Assembly: GCA_964490525.1 (NCBI GenBank)
Contig: CAZBDL010000001.1
Location: forward strand, 25,474 to 89,473
Reading direction: 5' to 3'
DNA length: 64,000 nucleotides
DNA from: an uncultured Victivallales bacterium
Lineage (GTDB): Bacteria > Verrucomicrobiota > Lentisphaeria > Victivallales > CAZBDL01
How positions within the stretch are numbered: the first letter of the stretch is position 1; every line of letters starts with the position of its first letter. This document shows positions 61,330 through 64,000 of this stretch, piece by piece. The translations under genes were made by a program, and so were the position numbers. The notes under the pieces are model-generated. The model made no database searches. It was not told the origin of the DNA and saw only the letters and a list, made by a program, of their open reading frames with translations.

Positions 61330-62252
61330 CCACTTCACCTACACAATGGACCGACGAAGAGTTCTTTGCGAATGTCGCTGTTGCCGTCGCTCGGTTCAGG
61401 GACGAACGCTTAGCGGTGTCGGATTCATGGTCGGAGAATTATAGGTCGGCGCGGGGGAAATTTGACCTATTGTTCCAGAAATTGAGCGATTTAAACCCAG
61501 AGGTCATTACCAACCACAACCTGGCAGAAGTCTACGGCAATGGACTGGGCGAAGCCTTACGGTATTTGGCAGGCCCCCCCATCTCGGATGACGACCTACA
61601 AGTGTTAGCCGATGTGGATTCGATGGCACCTAGTGTCCTAATGGAAAACCCTGCTTCGCTTCGGATGGTGTTTGATGTCATTGCGCGTGTAATTGACCCC
61701 CACCGTTTCCCATGGATTGTAAACGGATCTATGCCGACTACGCAGCAGAAGGAAGCAGCCCTCCTGGCTTCATCTGTGTTGTTGGCAGCACAGCGCGTTG
61801 CAACGGAACGGCGAATGGATGTCAAGGCAAGACAGGAACAAGAGGTAAAAGACTACCTAAACACTATTGGTTATCAGGAAGTCCAGCCTGTTGAAATCAA
61901 CACAATTATGAACGGCCCCCGGGGCGGGGAGTTTTGTGCAGAATGCAAGCTGGGAGACAGGAAGGCCGATGTGGTCTTGCGACTAAACGACAGCCGACTC
62001 ATGGCAATCGAATGCAAGGTGTCAAACAGTGCCACCAACAGCGTAAAACGTCTCAATAATGATGCCGCCGCAAAAGCTAGACATTGGTTGCAAATATTCG
62101 GGACGATGCAGGTTGTACCGTCCGCTATGCTTGCTGGCGTTTTCAAGGTGATAAACCTAAAACAAGCACAGAGCCAGGGGCTTGCAATATTCTGGTCTCA
62201 TGATCTTACAAAACTTGGGGAGTTCATTGAGTCAACGAATGGACACGGATAA
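61326..62252 (+). CDS. Putative type II restriction endonuclease (PD-(D/E)XK), partner of the methyltransferase
   Basis: ATGA overlap with the MTase gene. ADVVLRLNDSRLMAIECKVS fits D...ExK. Same low-GC composition. Confidence 0.6.
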   Translation: MTTSPTQWTDEEFFANVAVAVARFRDERLAVSDSWSENYRSARGKFDLLFQKLSDLNPEVITNHNLAEVYGNGLGEALRYLAGPPISDDDLQVLADVDSMAPSVLMENPASLRMVFDVIARVIDPHRFPWIVNGSMPTTQQKEAALLASSVLLAAQRVATERRMDVKARQEQEVKDYLNTIGYQEVQPVEINTIMNGPRGGEFCAECKLGDRKADVVLRLNDSRLMAIECKVSNSATNSVKRLNNDAAAKARHWLQIFGTMQVVPSAMLAGVFKVINLKQAQSQGLAIFWSHDLTKLGEFIESTNGHG

Positions 62253-62374
62253 ATCACCTTATTCCCACTTAGGAACGTTCTCCAGTTGCAATATCCGGCT
62301 GGAATGGGAGATATCGGGTGGGTGAGTTAAGCATAGCAATATGTTAGCTAACAAGGAGAAGGGAGAAGGACAAT

Positions 62375-62926
62375 ATGAAATTGGGCCGCGCGTTTATAGT
62401 CTGGATGGCGCTATCATGTACTGCCCTCGCGCAGACTCGTAGTGTGGATGGCACCGCCACGGGTATGTACTACAATGATGTCAGTAAGCAATGGTCTGAC
62501 AAGCCGGTTTCGATCTATGTTGACGATGTGGAAAAAGTTTACATTCGCGGCGGCGACTCTCTACCCAAGGCCGTGGGCTATTTCCCTGGCGCACGCCTGA
62601 AGGAAGTCATCGGTTTGCTTGAGAAGAGCCTTGACTGGTCCAAGAAAGCGAGAGAGAACAAACTAGAGACCACAAAGCCACTTGGCTCGTTTGTGACTGG
62701 TACTGGGCACCAGCGGCAGGGGATAGAGTTGGTTTTCTTCGCCGCTGACAAAGGGAACCAGACGGATGTGATTCTGAAAGTCCAAGACTTCGACAACATG
62801 TTCATGAATATCAGCCTCTACTTGAATCCCGAGCAAGTGTCAGAGTTCATAGCTCTGCTCAAGAAAGTTCCAGAAACCTACCGCGAACTGAAGGCACAGA
62901 AGGCAAAATCCGACATCCTGAATTAA
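62375..62926 (+). CDS. Secreted hypothetical protein (183 aa), low GC
   Basis: Signal peptide MKLGRAFIVWMALSCTALAQ. SD AAGGAGAAGGGAGAAGG upstream. Confidence 0.55.
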   Translation: MKLGRAFIVWMALSCTALAQTRSVDGTATGMYYNDVSKQWSDKPVSIYVDDVEKVYIRGGDSLPKAVGYFPGARLKEVIGLLEKSLDWSKKARENKLETTKPLGSFVTGTGHQRQGIELVFFAADKGNQTDVILKVQDFDNMFMNISLYLNPEQVSEFIALLKKVPETYRELKAQKAKSDILN

Positions 62927-62978
62927 GGAGGCCAATTAACGTCTTCTGCGGACGGATGACCACCACTGTAGCCGTGGC

Positions 62979-63063
62979 GTTCGCCTCCCCCCGAGGCGTG
63001 GATTGAAACATCGCCCAGGCCCGCTCGACCCGCGTTTCGCCCCCATGGGGCGCGGATTGAAAC
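62979..63063 (+). CRISPR. Orphan mini-array: two degenerate I-C-like repeats flanking one short spacer-like segment of about 25 nt
   Basis: Repeat A, GTTCGCCTCCCCCCGAGGCGTGGATTGAAAC, at 62979-63009. Repeat B, TTTCGCCCCCATGGGGCGCGGATTGAAAC, at 63035-63063. Both keep a 6-bp stem and the GGATTGAAAC end. Same orientation as the main array. Confidence 0.75.
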
Positions 63064-63088
63064 ACCAGATCCGAGATGAACGTGGGCA

Positions 63089-63108
63089 CCCCTCCCCTGC
63101 GGGAGGGG
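63089..63108. terminator. Perfect 8-bp GC hairpin between convergent genes (CCCCTCCC-CTGC-GGGAGGGG)
   Basis: Seen directly. No U-tract on either strand. 26 nt downstream of the mini-array. Confidence 0.4.
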
Positions 63109-63120
63109 CGCCCGCCGGGG

Positions 63121-63927
63121 CTATTCCCGGCCGACGGCCTCCAGGAACTCCTCCCCGTCTGGGGTGAGGTTCAGGGCGGCGTCGCGCACGTCCTTGCCGG
63201 CGTCCAGGCAGAAGCACTTGTGGCCTGGCCCGGTGAGGTAGCCGCGCTTGTGCAGCTCGTGGAACTCGTTCAGGCGCTCCAGGGGCACGTTGAGCCAGGA
63301 GCAGAGGCGGTCCACATCGCGCAACGCCCGGACCTCCCAGGTGTCGGGAACGTCCCTCTCCCGTGTCCCGTCCAGCTCGATCACCGTCGGCCGCCGGGTT
63401 GCCGTTCCCGGGAACAGCTCCCAGGCGCTGCACCAACGGTCGCCGCCGGCGCGTTCCCTGGCCGCCCGGGAGCGGATCCCTCGCGCCGTAGTGAGGAAGG
63501 GGCCCTCCCAGGTGCCGCGCTCGCCCTCGCCCGAGAGCAGGAACCAATGCCTCCGGGGCGTGCCGCCCTTGGCGCCGTTCGCCCGGCTGGCGGCCCGCTT
63601 CGCCGGTGTCCGGGCCTTTCCTCCGACCTGCCCGCCCTTGCGGCCGAGGATCGCGGCGGGCGACTCCTCCTCGCGGACGAAGACGACGTCGCTGCCGACG
63701 CCCTGGCAGTACACTTGGTCGCCAAGGCGAAGGACCGTATGTGCGGCATCGGCCGAGACCAACGTTCCACCCCAGGACTCCTCGTCATTCAGGTCAATCC
63801 CTGCGGCGGCCGCTCCCTCGTCGGTCCAGGATTCGCGGTTGACCTCGAAGTCGTCCTTGCGGATCGTCCACCAGTCGAACGTGGCCGCGAAGACCACCCG
63901 ATACGCCTTGATCTGCTGCCCCTTCAT
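63121..63927 (-). CDS. Hypothetical protein (268 aa)
   Basis: Complete track ORF, GC3-rich. ATGA overlap with the upstream partial gene. Confidence 0.55.
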   Translation of the reverse strand: MKGQQIKAYRVVFAATFDWWTIRKDDFEVNRESWTDEGAAAAGIDLNDEESWGGTLVSADAAHTVLRLGDQVYCQGVGSDVVFVREEESPAAILGRKGGQVGGKARTPAKRAASRANGAKGGTPRRHWFLLSGEGERGTWEGPFLTTARGIRSRAARERAGGDRWCSAWELFPGTATRRPTVIELDGTRERDVPDTWEVRALRDVDRLCSWLNVPLERLNEFHELHKRGYLTGPGHKCFCLDAGKDVRDAALNLTPDGEEFLEAVGRE

Positions 63928-64000
63928 CCCCTGCCCTCCTCGGTTGCGGTTATGTTGTTTTCAGTCGGCTCATTGATCCACTCCTCCCACTCCTTGCGGG
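63924..64000 (-). CDS. Partial CDS (C-terminal 25 codons; starts beyond the window end), tail TEEGRG
   Basis: Hand translation gives ...RKEWEEWINEPTENNITATEEGRG, then stop. The frame is open to the window edge. The stop overlaps the next ATG as ATGA. Confidence 0.45.
   Translation of the reverse strand, partial: RKEWEEWINEPTENNITATEEGRG

Overview
This GC-rich 64-kb window (roughly two-thirds G+C by eye) reads as the backbone of a conjugative plasmid or ICE-like element. No rRNA, tRNA or housekeeping genes were seen.

Layout, in order:
- 1-5.7 kb, minus strand: a translationally coupled operon encoding a PD-(D/E)XK nuclease, RadC/JAB, a MoxR-like AAA+ ATPase, a vWA protein, and small ORFs.
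- 5.9-14.5 kb, plus strand: about 14 small or unknown cassette-like genes.
- 14.5-18.5 kb: two tandem paralogous Rep plus iteron (oriV-like) modules.
- 18.7-23.9 kb: a type I-C effector-only CRISPR-Cas module. It has cas5c-cas8c-cas7c, a leader, and 25 repeats with 24 spacers. No cas3, cas1, cas2 or cas4 is present in the window.
- 24.2-24.6 kb: a non-coding block packed with same-strand GTTCC motifs.
- 24.8-27.7 kb: more small genes.
- 27.7-29.6 kb, minus strand: a secreted SNase-like nuclease and a metallophosphoesterase.
- 29.9-35.7 kb: an RHH protein, a relaxase and a T4CP (mobilisation block).
- 35.8-38.4 kb: an HTH protein and ParA.
- 38.4-55.4 kb: a VirB/Trb-like type IV secretion locus. 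It is interrupted by two giant InlB-B-repeat surface proteins and ends with a ClpB-D2-like ATPase.
- 55.4-59.5 kb: small genes.
- 59.5-62.9 kb: a lower-GC methyltransferase/endonuclease island.
- 62979-63063: an orphan two-repeat mini-CRISPR.

Main leads:
1. The Cas3-less, adaptation-less I-C Cascade module sits beside the origins.
2. Spacer 17 matches the element's own divergent promoter (putative oriT) region upstream of the relaxase operon at 30 of 34 positions. The match overlaps the -35 box, has a non-canonical ATC flank, and has mismatches at seed positions 4-5.
3. The mini-array's two degenerate repeats keep the repeat hairpin through compensatory changes.
4. A conserved gene-junction or C-terminal tail motif, (E/Q)(E/G)G-I-(A/T/S)-P plus ATGA, recurs at more than 20 gene ends.
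5. GGTTC/GAACC palindromes in the CRISPR leader share their motif with the GTTCC cluster downstream of the array.

All functional calls come from motif recognition by eye. No database search was run.
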